Part shown: positions 11,892-23,629 of the stretch, piece by piece | How positions within the stretch are numbered: the stretch's first letter is position 1 | How the letters are laid out: each line of letters begins with the position of its first letter | Assembly (NCBI GenBank): GCA_001600695.1 | Contig: BCKQ01000012.1 | Coordinates: forward strand, 398,643 to 451,166 | Reading direction: 5' to 3' | Source of the DNA: Ascoidea asiatica JCM 7603 | Taxonomy: Eukaryota; Fungi; Ascomycota | DNA: 52,524 bases | The notes under the pieces: generated by a model | The model's database searches: none | What the model saw: the letters and a program-made list of their open reading frames with translations, nothing else | What the model was told of the DNA's origin: nothing | Translations under genes and position numbers: made by a program

Positions 11892-12959
11892 ACATTCTTT
11901 ACTCAATTAGATTCAATGTCTTTTAATTATTCTTTTAATATTTTTTATTTCTGCTTTAATAATTCTTTATTGTTTTAATTAAATTGATATTTTCTATTAC
12001 CAATTTTCAATTTTGTTTGTTCTTAATTTAACTTTTCTTTTACTTCTTTTCATTTTGATTTTACTTTTTACAATTGTTTATTTTTCTGTTTTTTTTTTAA
12101 CTCGTTTTTTATTCGTTTTTATTTGTTTTTTATTCGTTTTTTTTAAATATTTTTCTTTTAAAATGTTTTTTTGGAGATCATTTTTTTTAGATGAAAAAAA
12201 AAAAGAAAGAAAAAGATAAGCATATTCTTTATCATTAGCATTTTTTATATTTTGTTGATTGAACAACAATGCAAAAAAATTAAATAAAATTAAATAAAAT
12301 TAAATCCAAGAAATTGGAAAAAAAAAAAATATTTAAGCAAAAATTTTAGATAATTTTTTGCTTTATCATGAAAAAAAAGGGATAGAGTTTTTTATCAAAA
12401 GAAAAATGCAAAGAGGAGATGAGAAAATAAGGTTTTTGACTTTTAAAATGTATATTTCTAAATTTATTAGAATTCATACTTGTTGTTTTTTATTTTGAAA
12501 AGATTCGTAATTTTCAATTACTTTTAATTAATATTAAAGGAAAAATACTTTCAGTTTAGTGTATATTTAATATAGAATATATACATGAATAATTTAATAT
12601 AATTTAAGACTTTTTGAAATTAATTCTTGCAAAAATTTAAGTGATAAATGTTAATTAATTCTGTAAAAAATCTAAAGTTTGAAATAATTCGTGAATAAAT
12701 ATTTATTTAATCAGCAAAAGAAGTAAAAGTTATTACTATTTTGCATATTTACAAGATTAAAGAGGTTATAAAATAAAACAAAAGGAAATTTGAAAAAAAA
12801 AAAGTAAGTTATTAACAAACATGAATGTAAGTCGTTGAGAGTCATTAAATATGAAGTTTTAAATTAATATAGTTAAAGATAATTCAGAAATTAAGAAAAC
12901 TCCTGAAGATTAAGATAAAAGAAAAAAAAGATAAAGATAAAACAGTAATTAAAACAAGT

Positions 12960-13808
12960 TTAATCTTTTTTTGGTTCTTCAGAAGCTTTAACAACACCAA
13001 CTTTAGCAGCTCTAATTATTCTACCATTTAAAGCAAATCCAACTTGTTGAACGAAAAAAACAGTATTTGGTTCTTTATCAGGTTGTGCAACTTCAAATAT
13101 AGCTTCATGATGATTTGGATCAAATTTTTCACCAATTGGATTAATTTTACTTAAACCATATTTTGCTAAAGTTTTATCAAATATATCACTTGTCATTTTA
13201 ACACCATCAAAGAAATCTTTCATTTCTTTATTTGAATCTAATAATTCTTTTTTTGAAGATATTGAATTTAAAGCATGACCGAAATTATCAATAGTTTCAA
13301 TTAAATCTTTTGAAAATTTTTGTAATGCAAAATCTTTTGCTTTTTGAACTTCTTTTTTAGTAATATCTTGTAAATTTCTAAAATCTGCAATAGATCTAAT
13401 ATATCTATCTTTCATTGATACTAAATCTTTATCTTTTTGATTAAATTTTGTTTCACATTCTTTAAATTTACTTAATAATTCTTCAGCGGATAATTTTGAT
13501 AATAATTCATCATTATTTTCAGATTTTTTTTCATTTTCTTTTGGTGATTCTTTAATATCTTCTTTTTTAACATCATCTTTTGATTCAGTTGTAGATTCTT
13601 CTGTTTTTTTTTCAGAAGATTCAGAAGAATAATATCTTTTAGATATATTATTTAAATATAATAATGGAGATTTATTAATATTATAAACAGATCTTGAAGC
13701 ATTATAATTATATTTATTTGATCTTAATAGTGTATTTTTTTTGAAAAGTAAATTTGCATTTGAACGTTGAGTAGCTTTTGCTAAACTATTGAATAATACT
13801 CTTGCCAT
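12960..13808 (-). CDS. MGE1: Mitochondrial GrpE nucleotide-exchange factor
   Basis: Presequence plus YIRSIADFRNLQ, AKDFALQKFSKDL, FDPNHHEAIF and GFALNGRIIRAAKVGV. Confidence 0.97.
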   Translation of the reverse strand: MARVLFNSLAKATQRSNANLLFKKNTLLRSNKYNYNASRSVYNINKSPLLYLNNISKRYYSSESSEKKTEESTTESKDDVKKEDIKESPKENEKKSENNDELLSKLSAEELLSKFKECETKFNQKDKDLVSMKDRYIRSIADFRNLQDITKKEVQKAKDFALQKFSKDLIETIDNFGHALNSISSKKELLDSNKEMKDFFDGVKMTSDIFDKTLAKYGLSKINPIGEKFDPNHHEAIFEVAQPDKEPNTVFFVQQVGFALNGRIIRAAKVGVVKASEEPKKD

Positions 13809-14403
13809 TTTTTTTTATATAAATATTAATAATCTAAATAATATGAAAATATTGTTTTGTTGTTTTCTTATTGAATTGAGATAATCTGAATAATTTAATG
13901 AATTGAGATTCAGATTTCTTTAGAATTAATTGCCTTTAGAATTGCCTTTAGAATTGCCTCTGAGGAGATGAAAATTTGAAAAGTTTTCTATTTGTTTCTT
14001 TTCAACAAAAACTCACTTTGTAAGCTTTTTGCTCTGTTTACTCCAAGACCAGACTGAAGAAGCGGTTACCCTTCAGTTGACTATCTGATTACGTAATAAA
14101 CAAAAAAAAAAAAATGTCACATGACATGCTTTAGATCCACATTTCTGGTAATTTAAAATTATGTATATCTGCGTTACTAAATGCATCAGTGCATTAGACC
14201 CATACTACTGGATCAAAATTGAAGATCCGTAATTTTGGCTCCAGTTCTGAAAAAAATTATTTATTTTTTTTCTTCAAAGAAAGTTATTCAAGAACATTTC
14301 AATGACTTTAGGAATTTATTACTTCATATTTTTTAATTCAAATAATTGAAAAGAATCTCAATTAGAGGTGTTGGAAAACAATATTGAAATATGAATTATA
14401 AAA

Positions 14404-15396
14404 ATGCCAGCAGATACAAGATATAAAAGAAAGTTTAGAAAAGAACAAGAATTTCAAGGTCTTGATTCAGTTATAGATTCAGGTTCTACATCAAGATTAA
14501 AAAAAAAAATAAGAGATATTGAAAGATATTTAAAGAAAAAAGGTTCAAAATTACCTGCAGATGCAAAATCAGAAAATGAAAGAAATTTACAAGCTTTAAA
14601 ATTAGAATTACAAAATGCTCAATTGAATTTAACTGTTAAAAAACAATTAAAAAAATATCATATGGTTAAATTTTTTGAGAAAAAAAAGGCAATAAGAAAT
14701 TATAAAAGAGTTAAAAATGAAATAAATGAAATTGAATTAAAAATTTCAAATAATGAAAATAATGAAAATAATGAAAAAAATGAAAAAAATGAAGATGATA
14801 AAGAATCTAAAAAAGAATTAAAAAAAATAAGGAAGAAATTAAGACAATGTGAAATTGATATTGTTTATATTTTAGAATTTCCCAAAACTGAAAATTATAT
14901 ATCATTATTTTCAAATTCTAAAACTGATAATGATAATCAGAATGATATCCATGATGATGATGATGATGTTAACGATAATAAAGATAAGAATAGTTCTGAG
15001 ATTACTAAAAAAGGTTTACAAAAAACAAATGAGAGACGTCAAGAATTAAGAAAAGAAATGGAAAATAAAATTATAAATAATCAATTGAATTATGATATTG
15101 ATGAAATAGCGTATGGAAAAGATTTAAATAATAAAAGTAAGAGTAAAAAAAGTAAAAACAAAAATCAAAATCAAAATCATAATCAAAATAATAATAGAAA
15201 CAAAAATAATTATAGTAATAATAAACTTGTTGCTACTGTTGATGAAGCTGATATTGATATAATTAATCAAGCTAAAATTAAAAAAAATAAGAAACAGAAT
15301 AAACATAATGAAGATAATCAAGTCGAAGAAAAATCTAATAATCAAGAAGATAATGATGACAATGATGGTGATGATGATTTTTTCATGGAAGAATGA
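14404..15396 (+). CDS. EFG1: rRNA-processing protein Efg1 (S. cerevisiae YGR271C-A family, not the Candida APSES factor)
   Basis: KKKIRDIERYL..LPAD...ENERNLQALK, KKYHMVKFFEKKKA and DIVYILEFPKTENYISLF, with an acidic DDDFF tail. Confidence 0.9.
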   Translation: MPADTRYKRKFRKEQEFQGLDSVIDSGSTSRLKKKIRDIERYLKKKGSKLPADAKSENERNLQALKLELQNAQLNLTVKKQLKKYHMVKFFEKKKAIRNYKRVKNEINEIELKISNNENNENNEKNEKNEDDKESKKELKKIRKKLRQCEIDIVYILEFPKTENYISLFSNSKTDNDNQNDIHDDDDDVNDNKDKNSSEITKKGLQKTNERRQELRKEMENKIINNQLNYDIDEIAYGKDLNNKSKSKKSKNKNQNQNHNQNNNRNKNNYSNNKLVATVDEADIDIINQAKIKKNKKQNKHNEDNQVEEKSNNQEDNDDNDGDDDFFMEE

Positions 15397-15767
15397 ATTT
15401 TTTATTGAAATATGTCCTTTATATATATACAGTATATATATTTAAGATGCATTTTAATTTTTTTTTTTTTGAAAAATCAATTATTTGAGTATAGTTTCAC
15501 AAAATTTTAATCTATAAAATAATATATTTCCATGAAGCAAAAAATGAGAATAAATGCAAGAAGAATGTATATTAAGTCGATTCGAATAACATTTGATTGA
15601 ATTTCATTGTTTTATTCAAAAGAAATTTGGCATCATTGAAATAAACACCATTGAAAATAAACACCATTGAAAATAAACGAGCCTTAATAAAGCTTCCGAG
15701 ATATGAATAACCTTATTATTTAAGTTCATTTTTTAATTTGTATATTATAAATTAAATAATTGATTAA

Positions 15768-16087
15768 TTATTTATTATTAATCATTTTTTCAATAAATTT
15801 AATTTGACATAAATCTTTTGGTTCATTTGAGAAAATTGAATAATGATATAATAAACCAGGATGAGAAGCTAATGAAGCATAAGTATCTCTTTTTATATTA
15901 CTTATCCATTCATCTTTTGTTGTATCACTATTTCCAATACCAATATGTTTATTTTTTAATTGTTCAAAAACTTGTTGTTCTCTTAATTTATCAGCCTTTT
16001 GAATTTAAAAAAAAAAGTTAGTTAAATAATCGAATTTCAAGGTTAATTTCCTTATATGAAATCTAAAAAAAACAAATTACTTACCAT
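15768..16087 (-). CDS. YSF3: SF3b subunit Ysf3/SF3B5; two exons (16087-16085, 15995-15768), 76 aa
   Basis: ATG, then GTAAGT at 16084, branch AACTAAC (16023-16017) and AAG acceptor at 15996. Spliced product MADKLREQQVFEQLKNKHIGIGNSDTTKDEWISNIKRDTYASLASHPGLL...KMINNK fits the SF3b10 family. Absent from the ORF track. Confidence 0.93.
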
Positions 16088-17067
16088 GTTGATTATATTT
16101 GGAACTCGATATGAGAATAAAATTTTATTTCTGTTTCTACTTTTGAAATCAATAATTTGAATAGTGATTGAATTGATACACTTTCTTACATCTTTCTCCA
16201 GAATAAATAATAAAACAAATCTCGAATTACTTAAATCCAAGTATGGGGATCTAATGCTTTCTAATGCAATTATGCATTCAACCCACAAAACTGGAAATAG
16301 TTTGGGTTTGTCATATGAGACCATATTATCGGTACTTCTCTGCTGAACAGTTTTTACGCAGTTTCTGGAAGAGGGAAGATGGCGATGCTGAAGACATTCA
16401 GGAAAACCACTTCTAAATTGCATTGATTACAAGAGTTTAAAGGATAGAGTAAAGTCACAAGTTTTAATTCAGAAGGCTATTGAGATGAAATAATTCCATA
16501 AAGAAGGAAAATTAAAGAGACAAGAAAATGATTTGTGCTTTTGCCTCTAGATTTTAGCCCAAGTTTTGATTATTTTAGTTATTTTTATGGGAAAATGGGC
16601 GAAGCATTGAATAATCTAAAAGCTGCATCTGGGATGAATTTTAGACTCATTTATATCCAAAATAGTAATATATTTTTCTTCACAATTCATTATATCTGGA
16701 ATAATTGTTATGAATATAATGATTAAATGACACAAAGCCTTTATTACTGTATAATTAATTGATTTGAAGTATTTTTAAAAGAAGCGAGGCCAAATTGATT
16801 CAAAAAACCTTAAAATTTCAAATAAATTGTAAATTAAAAGAGATCATTTAAAGGAAATAAAATATATCAATTTTTCAAGAGATGTTTTTCAAAAATTTAT
16901 ATAAATATAAATGATTTTCAACAAAATATTTTTCACTTTTCATATTTCAATTCTCCTACAATAATTCAAGTTTAAATCAAAATACTAATTCCTAAAACTA
17001 GAACAAAATCAATTTCAATTACATATAAATAATTAAAATAAAATTTTATTTCAGATAAGATTTAATA

Positions 17068-17451
17068 ATGATTACCTTTACACAATTTTTTAAATCTTTT
17101 ATAATTTCTTTAATTTTCTTAGGAACTTTAATTCAATGTATTCAATCAACTGAAATATTATCTTCATTATCAACAACTGTTAAAACAAATATACAAGTAA
17201 CAAATTTACCATATTATACAATGGATTATAAATTTATAAAAAAAAGAGAAATTAATTCAAGTAGTAATGAAAAAAATTCATTTCAACAAAATGAAATAGT
17301 TAATTCTACTTCAACTACAATTAATACTACTACTGGTGATTGTGATTGTGATAATGGTCTTCCAGATAATGGTGGTGCAGGAAGTACTTTAACTTTATAT
17401 TCATTTTTACAACTTTTTGGATTAACTATATTTGTTGTATCCATACTATGA
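17068..17451 (+). CDS. Small secreted, probably GPI-anchored protein
   Basis: Signal peptide, KKR site, S/T-rich core, then NGGAGS and a hydrophobic C-terminal tail. Confidence 0.75.
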   Translation: MITFTQFFKSFIISLIFLGTLIQCIQSTEILSSLSTTVKTNIQVTNLPYYTMDYKFIKKREINSSSNEKNSFQQNEIVNSTSTTINTTTGDCDCDNGLPDNGGAGSTLTLYSFLQLFGLTIFVVSIL

Positions 17452-17595
17452 TTTTTTTAATATTCTTCTTACTTGTTTAAGTTTTTTTTAATTCTATTTT
17501 GTATTTTACTTATATATCTAATATAATTCTATATTCAATTCTAGGTGACTTGTGTAAATGAATAAAAAAAAAGAAAAAGAAAAAGAAAAACACTT

Positions 17596-18819
17596 CTAAA
17601 CTAAAGATTTAGAAATTCTATTTAAAACTTTTTCATCATTTATTTTTTCTTCTCCATAATTTGGCCAAACATTATAACCTTTATTAGAAGCATTAATATA
17701 AAATTCAGATCTATTATAAGGATTTAATGAATAATTATTTCTTAATCTTTCAACTAAATCTGGATTTGAAGTAAAATGTCTACCAATTGCAATTAAAGTT
17801 CTATTATTATTATTAACATCATTAATTAAATCATTATAATCAGGACCATTTGCAGCATATGAACCTGCTCTGATAACTAAACCTTTCCAAATTAAGAAAA
17901 TCCATTCATTTGATAAATCTTTAACAGAATTTAAATCAACATCATTAGTACCACTAACTCTTGGTTCAACAATTGAAATATAAGCTAATTGATTACCAAT
18001 TTTTGCTCTTTTTTCTAATTCAGATAAAATATAACCCCAAGTAACTAAAGAATTTAAATCATTATCATTACCTTTCATACCACCAAATTGAGCATATGGA
18101 GATAATCTTATTGCAACTTTTTTAGAATCTCCAACAGCTTCAATTACAGTATCTACAACTTCTAACATAAATTTAGATCTTTTTTCAATTGAACCACCAT
18201 ATTCATCAATTCTTTTATTTGAACAAGATTGTAAAAATTGATCTAATAAATAACCATGAGCACCATGAATTTCAATTAAATCAAAACCTGCTTTTATAGA
18301 ATTTTTTGCAGCATTTGAATAATCTTTTAAATATTGTTTAATTTCTAAAATTGATAAAGAAATTAATGGATTATTATTTTCTTCAGCTAAATTTTTTGAA
18401 TTTTCATCTATATAATCATTTGACATTGGACCAACAAATTTTTGATTTTCTTCTTTTAAAACTTGTGGATCACCTTGTCTACCTAAAGCCCATAATTGAA
18501 TTGAAATAAAAGATTTATTTTCATGAACTTTATTAACAATTTTTTTCCAAGCTTTAATTTGAGATTCATTCCAAATTCCAGGTACATTTCTATAACTACC
18601 AGCAGCTGCAGAAATAAAAGTAGCTTCAACAATTATTAATGAACCTGGAGTTTTTGATCTTTTATCATAATATTCTAACATTAAATCTGAAGGAATATGT
18701 TCATTTGTTGCTCTAAATCTTGTTAATGGAGCATGAACTATTCTATGAGATAATTTAACATTATCATTAATGATAATTGGTTTAAATAAATTTGTATCTT
18801 GTAATTCAGAAGCAGTCAT
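17596..18819 (-). CDS. Old yellow enzyme (FMN-dependent NADPH dehydrogenase), OYE2/EBP1 family
   Basis: APLTRFRA, QLWALGR, GFDLIEIHGAHGYLLDQFL, RIDEYGGSIEKR, IRLSPY and GRHFTSNPDLV. Confidence 0.96.
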   Translation of the reverse strand: MTASELQDTNLFKPIIINDNVKLSHRIVHAPLTRFRATNEHIPSDLMLEYYDKRSKTPGSLIIVEATFISAAAGSYRNVPGIWNESQIKAWKKIVNKVHENKSFISIQLWALGRQGDPQVLKEENQKFVGPMSNDYIDENSKNLAEENNNPLISLSILEIKQYLKDYSNAAKNSIKAGFDLIEIHGAHGYLLDQFLQSCSNKRIDEYGGSIEKRSKFMLEVVDTVIEAVGDSKKVAIRLSPYAQFGGMKGNDNDLNSLVTWGYILSELEKRAKIGNQLAYISIVEPRVSGTNDVDLNSVKDLSNEWIFLIWKGLVIRAGSYAANGPDYNDLINDVNNNNRTLIAIGRHFTSNPDLVERLRNNYSLNPYNRSEFYINASNKGYNVWPNYGEEKINDEKVLNRISKSLV

Positions 18820-19135
18820 TTTGTATAATAAGAAAATAATATAATAATATAATAATATAATAAGATAATAAGATAATAAGAAAATGTAATTGATATATGA
18901 GAAAATGGAAGATACTTTAATATAAAAAAAACTTTTTCAATAATTTGTTTTATTGAATATTCTTTGATACTTATATAGTTTTTTATATTTGAATATTTAC
19001 AATTAATTATTTATTTATTCAATTAATTACTTATTCAATTAAATTATAATCATAAGATTTTGAGATATAATTTCAATAGAAACAAACTGTGGTTATTTTG
19101 AGAAAGAATTTTCTAAAACATTTTCAAAATTTCAA

Positions 19136-19170
19136 TTACTAATACGAATATATATTTATATCATTAGTAA
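19136..19170. promoter_or_regulatory. Inverted pair of Yap1/Cap1-type elements upstream of the OYE gene
   Basis: TTACTAA at 19136-19142 and TTAGTAA at 19164-19170. OYE genes are known Yap1/Cap1 targets, but AT richness raises the chance of random matches. Confidence 0.55.
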
Positions 19171-19335
19171 TACAGTAAACACAGTTTAAATACAATTTAA
19201 ATACAAACTACGGTAACCGCCGGATCCACACAAATGGCGTTGTTTGTTATTTCCGATTGAAAAAAATATATTTTTATTAACTTTACAGTAAATAAGTATG
19301 TAAATAAGTAAATAAGTATGTATTTAATTATATAT

Positions 19336-19929
19336 TTAAGTTGATTTTTTTAAATTTAAAGGTTGACAATCTTCATTTACTTTAGATTTTAAAATTGCAT
19401 AATCATAATTACTATAAGAATAAGGATCTGAAACATTTTTACAAGCATAAAAAGTTTTTAAAGAATTATTATATAATAAATAACCATTTGAATTAAATGA
19501 AAAATTAATATCTTGTTTTGAAACAGATAATTGTAAAAAAGAATTTTCATAATTATTATCAGTAAATGAAATAAAAGCTTGAATATTATTATCAAAAATA
19601 TTTGAATATAAATAATTATAATTTGTACAAGTTTGATTAAATTTTAAAAATTCAGTTGAATTTAAAGATTTTGTAATAAAAAAATAATTTGTACCTGAAC
19701 TTTCATGTTTTGAATAAATTCCAAAAGAATGAATATTTGAATAATTTGGAGAATCAACAATTAAAGATATATTTTCTAAAGTTGGAATACAAGAAGTTGT
19801 ACAATTTGATAAAATTGGTGATGATGAATTCCATGATCCAGGTAATGTTACATTTGGATATGGAGCTGAATTAACAGTTAAAAATCCAAATAAAATTGAA
19901 GTTAATAATGATAAAAATTGAAATTTCAT
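19336..19929 (-). CDS. Secreted cell-wall protein, Rhd3(Pga29)/Pga30/Pga31-like domain, no GPI tail
   Basis: Signal peptide, GIYSKHESSGTNYFFI (compare the family HEGAGINYFF), FYACKNVSDPYSYS and a terminal C-x-P-L. Confidence 0.75.
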   Translation of the reverse strand: MKFQFLSLLTSILFGFLTVNSAPYPNVTLPGSWNSSSPILSNCTTSCIPTLENISLIVDSPNYSNIHSFGIYSKHESSGTNYFFITKSLNSTEFLKFNQTCTNYNYLYSNIFDNNIQAFISFTDNNYENSFLQLSVSKQDINFSFNSNGYLLYNNSLKTFYACKNVSDPYSYSNYDYAILKSKVNEDCQPLNLKKST

Positions 19930-20362
19930 TTTAGTTTAGTAATTAATTGTTTGTTAATAGATTGTTGATTTATTTTTTTTAATTAGAAAAGATAAAATTC
20001 TAAGAATATCAAAAACATTTCAAGAAACAAATAAAAATTGGAAAAATTCAATCAAATTTATATCAAATTTATCAAATTTATCAAATTTATCATTCTTATC
20101 ATAATTTTTATCTTATCAAATTTTTATATCATTGAAAATAATGGCAATCGAAAATAATTATCAAATGAAATAATTACGAAACTGAAATTCCAAAATTGTT
20201 TAACTTAGTAGCAAGTGAAATATGCACCAAATTCCATTGTTCTTTTATTTGATAATCCTCGCAACTATAAAAATCTATCCAGAATTTGCGTTGATAAGAA
20301 CTTGCCGAGAGTCTCGTGGATATCTCTCAGCGAGTGTCTTTTGAGTGTGTTTTGAGTGTCTT

Positions 20363-20386
20363 TTGCTGCTGCTGCTGCTGCTGCTG
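20363..20386. repeat. (TGC)n trinucleotide repeat beside the tRNA
   Basis: tgctgctgc... read directly. Confidence 0.85.
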
Positions 20387-20474
20387 TTTTGTTTGCTGTT
20401 TCAGCTGGGACAGAATCAAAAGACACAAAAAGCAAGAAAACAAGAAGAGAAAACAGAAAACAAAAAACAAAAAA

Positions 20475-20546
20475 GGGCCGAGCTGGGAATTGAACCCAGG
20501 GCCACCTGCACCCAAAGCAGGAATCATACCACTAGACCACACGGCC
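20475..20546 (-). tRNA. tRNA-Pro(TGG), intronless
   Basis: GGCCGTGTGGTCTAGTGGTATGATTCCTGCTTTGGGTGCAGGTGGCCCTGGGTTCAATTCCCAGCTCGGCCC. Cloverleaf with anticodon stem CCTGC/GCAGG, A and B boxes, and a T-run terminator directly downstream. Confidence 0.97.
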
Positions 20547-21309
20547 GTAATCTTTCTTGAAAAAACAAAGCTGCACTAGTTCAAGTGCTAGAATTGAAGC
20601 AGTTTTGTACCGGGCGGGTTTAAACACCAGTCATGTGATATTTCCATGGGGCTAGTGGCTAGTGGCTAGTGTGTATTTGTGAGAGATTTATGAGAGATTT
20701 ATGTTACTTTTCTTTACTACGGTAGGAAATATGGAAAATGGAAAATAGTCGATGACGACAACAACAACAACGATGATGAAAAAAGTAAATATAAATATCC
20801 ATGGAATTGAAATAAAGAAAAAGAAAAGAAATATTGAAAAATAATCATAATCTTGAATATAAGAAAAGAAAAAGAAAAAGAAAAAGATTTTAAATTATCT
20901 AGATGAAAAATATTAATAATAATAATAATAATAAGCAGACCAAAAAAGTAAAGTACCAAATTAAAAAAGCAAAATGAATAAATTTTTATACATTATATAA
21001 AATATTAATTTAAAATATTAATGAAATTTCAATTTTCTTTTTTTTGGTTTGAATTTATTTCTTTTTTTCTTCTTTTTCTTCTTTCTTTCTTTCTTTTTCA
21101 TTTAAAACATTACCTTTTTGAAATATTTAAAAATGTTAAAGTAAGTTATTGAAATAAATGAAATTGATTTTGAAAAAGTAAAAAAAATTGAAATTTGATT
21201 ATTATATTTTGGAATGATGAAATTTTATATATATTTTAAATTTAATTTAATAATTACTTAAATAAATAAATTAATTAATGAATAAATGAATAAAAAAATA
21301 TAATTTTAT

Positions 21310-22980
21310 TTAAAATACAGCTAAAGCTAAAGCTGCAACAAAACATGAAGAAATTATAGCAGTTAAAGCAATATGACCATTTGATTGTTTCTTTAAAATA
21401 AAAGCATTTGATTGAACTGTTGATGTTGAAGAAGATGATTCTGATGATCCACTTGAAGTTGAAGATTCATCATCATCATTTGAACCTGATTCAGAAGCTG
21501 AAGAATCTGAACCTGAAGCTGTAGAAGAACCTGATTTTGTTTTACTTTTACTTGAAACACTAATACTACCAGTACCATCAGTACCAGCTGCTGATAAAAT
21601 TGATTTACAACCAGAAGCTGTAGTTGCATCATCATTAATAGTTGCAGAACCATCAAATGAACATGCTGATTTTTTTGAATCATTTTCAAGATAATATAAA
21701 TTTAAAGCAAAAGATAATTTTTCTTTAGAACTACAAAATGAATATGATCCATAAATACCTGTTGTACCATTACCATTAATACCTGTACAATCAATTTTAT
21801 CACAAACATAAGAAAATAAATCTGAATAATCATCAGAATCAACATCTTCACTAACAACACATGCATTTGCTTTTGACATACAATCACAAGTATCTTGATC
21901 TGGAGTTGGAGGTAATTCAGTTGATGCTTTCCAATTTGAATTTGTTGTTGGACATGATAAATCTGATGTTGAAGCTGTATAAGATGCAGAATTTGTTGTT
22001 GCCATTGTTAAATCATCCATTTGAGATTTTAAATTAACAAAATCTGATAAAGTTTTAACTTCATTATTTTTAATTGAAACTAAACCATAATTATTAGTTT
22101 CTTCAAAATACATATAAACAATACCACCAGACCAAACTCCAGTCATATCTGAAGAATAAATTGTTTCAACTTCTTGAAATTTTCTTGGTGTAACTTCATT
22201 ACAACCATATTCAGAAAAAAAAATTGGTACAGATAAATTTTTAAATTCTGCAGTTCTATCTTTATAACCAGATTTTGCAAAAGTTGAAGTACCACACCAT
22301 TCATACATATTAATACCATAAAAATCAACTTTATCATCATCATCACCACAAGAAAAATAATCAGCCATTGCAACTCTTGTATCTTCATCATCATTTGATG
22401 AATAACCAACTGGAATTGATCTATAACTTTGAGATTTAATATATGATTTTGTATCTCTAACAGCAGCTTTAACAAAAGCAGAAGCATCAGTATTTGTATT
22501 ATCATTAGTAACTTCATTACCTGCAAAAAAACCTAAGATATTAGTATAATTTGCAAACATATCAACAACAGCAGTATATCTATTATATAATTCTAAAGAC
22601 CATTCTGGATCAGTTCTATCAATTGATAAATCAGGTTCAGATAAATCTGCAATAACATATATACCAGCATCATTTAATAAAGTCATACATTCATCATGAT
22701 CTAAAGATGAATTTACTGCATAAACTCTTATAACATTAGTATTTAATTTTTGTAAATATGGAATATCTCTTTTACAAGTTGTAGTATCAGCTAATGGATC
22801 AACAAAAGTTGAAGATGTTGAATTTGCAGTATCAGATTGATAAGCTACACCTCTAATTAAAAATTGAGTACCATTTGGATAAAAAAATTTATTACCAGTA
22901 ATTGAAATTTCTGGTAAATCAGATGAAAAAATTAATGGTAATGTAGATACCAAAGATAATAAAATTTTTGAGAATTTCAT
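21310..22980 (-). CDS. GAS1: GPI-anchored beta-1,3-glucanosyltransferase (GH72 plus X8), Gas1/Phr2 type
   Basis: [14 protein letters not shown], catalytic motifs GFFAGNEV and [20 protein letters not shown], Cys-rich X8 domain, Ser-rich linker and GPI signal. Confidence 0.96.
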   Translation of the reverse strand: MKFSKILLSLVSTLPLIFSSDLPEISITGNKFFYPNGTQFLIRGVAYQSDTANSTSSTFVDPLADTTTCKRDIPYLQKLNTNVIRVYAVNSSLDHDECMTLLNDAGIYVIADLSEPDLSIDRTDPEWSLELYNRYTAVVDMFANYTNILGFFAGNEVTNDNTNTDASAFVKAAVRDTKSYIKSQSYRSIPVGYSSNDDEDTRVAMADYFSCGDDDDKVDFYGINMYEWCGTSTFAKSGYKDRTAEFKNLSVPIFFSEYGCNEVTPRKFQEVETIYSSDMTGVWSGGIVYMYFEETNNYGLVSIKNNEVKTLSDFVNLKSQMDDLTMATTNSASYTASTSDLSCPTTNSNWKASTELPPTPDQDTCDCMSKANACVVSEDVDSDDYSDLFSYVCDKIDCTGINGNGTTGIYGSYSFCSSKEKLSFALNLYYLENDSKKSACSFDGSATINDDATTASGCKSILSAAGTDGTGSISVSSKSKTKSGSSTASGSDSSASESGSNDDDESSTSSGSSESSSSTSTVQSNAFILKKQSNGHIALTAIISSCFVAALALAVF

Positions 22981-23629
22981 TTTTAAATATTTTAATTTGA
23001 AAATTTAATTATAATCTATAATATAGATCTAATATATTTTGATATATATATATATATATATATATATTTTATTATATCTTGATATACTTTTTATATTATT
23101 TTATTTATAAATTAATATAATTAAAATACTTTCAAGTTTAACAATGTTTAAGTCCTTTAGAATTAAATAAATAAGAAGTAAAGAATAAAGAATAAAGAAT
23201 AAATCAACAAATTAGTTAAAAAACGAGTGATATTTAACAAAAGTGATTTAAATTAATTAATAATTGAAATGAATAATGAATTTTTAAAATTTTTAAATTT
23301 TTAAATCTTTAAATCTTTAAATATATAAATATATATAAATAAAAAGGTCAATAGATATATTAAAAATTAAAGGAAATTAAGGGAAATTAAAGGAAATTAA
23401 AGGAAATTTTAGATATAATAAATTGTAATTAAATTCTGTATTAGTTAAGATATTGTAAATAACAGATAATTAAGAAAGTTAATGGAAATGAATGAAATGA
23501 AGTGAGTGAAGTAAGTGAAGTGATAAAAGTGAATAAGTTCCTGAAATTTCCAAAATAAACGAATAAGTGAATAAATGTTGATAAATAAAAGAAAAGAGAT
23601 GAGAATGAAGAAAGAAAGAAAAGAAAAGG

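Noticed and set aside
20316-20579. Three short ORFs over the tRNA locus
   Set aside because: They are translations of tRNA-Pro and the TGC repeat.
21393-22526. Off-frame Met-rich ORFs inside GAS1
   Set aside because: Frame-shifted reading of biased GAT/xxT codons.
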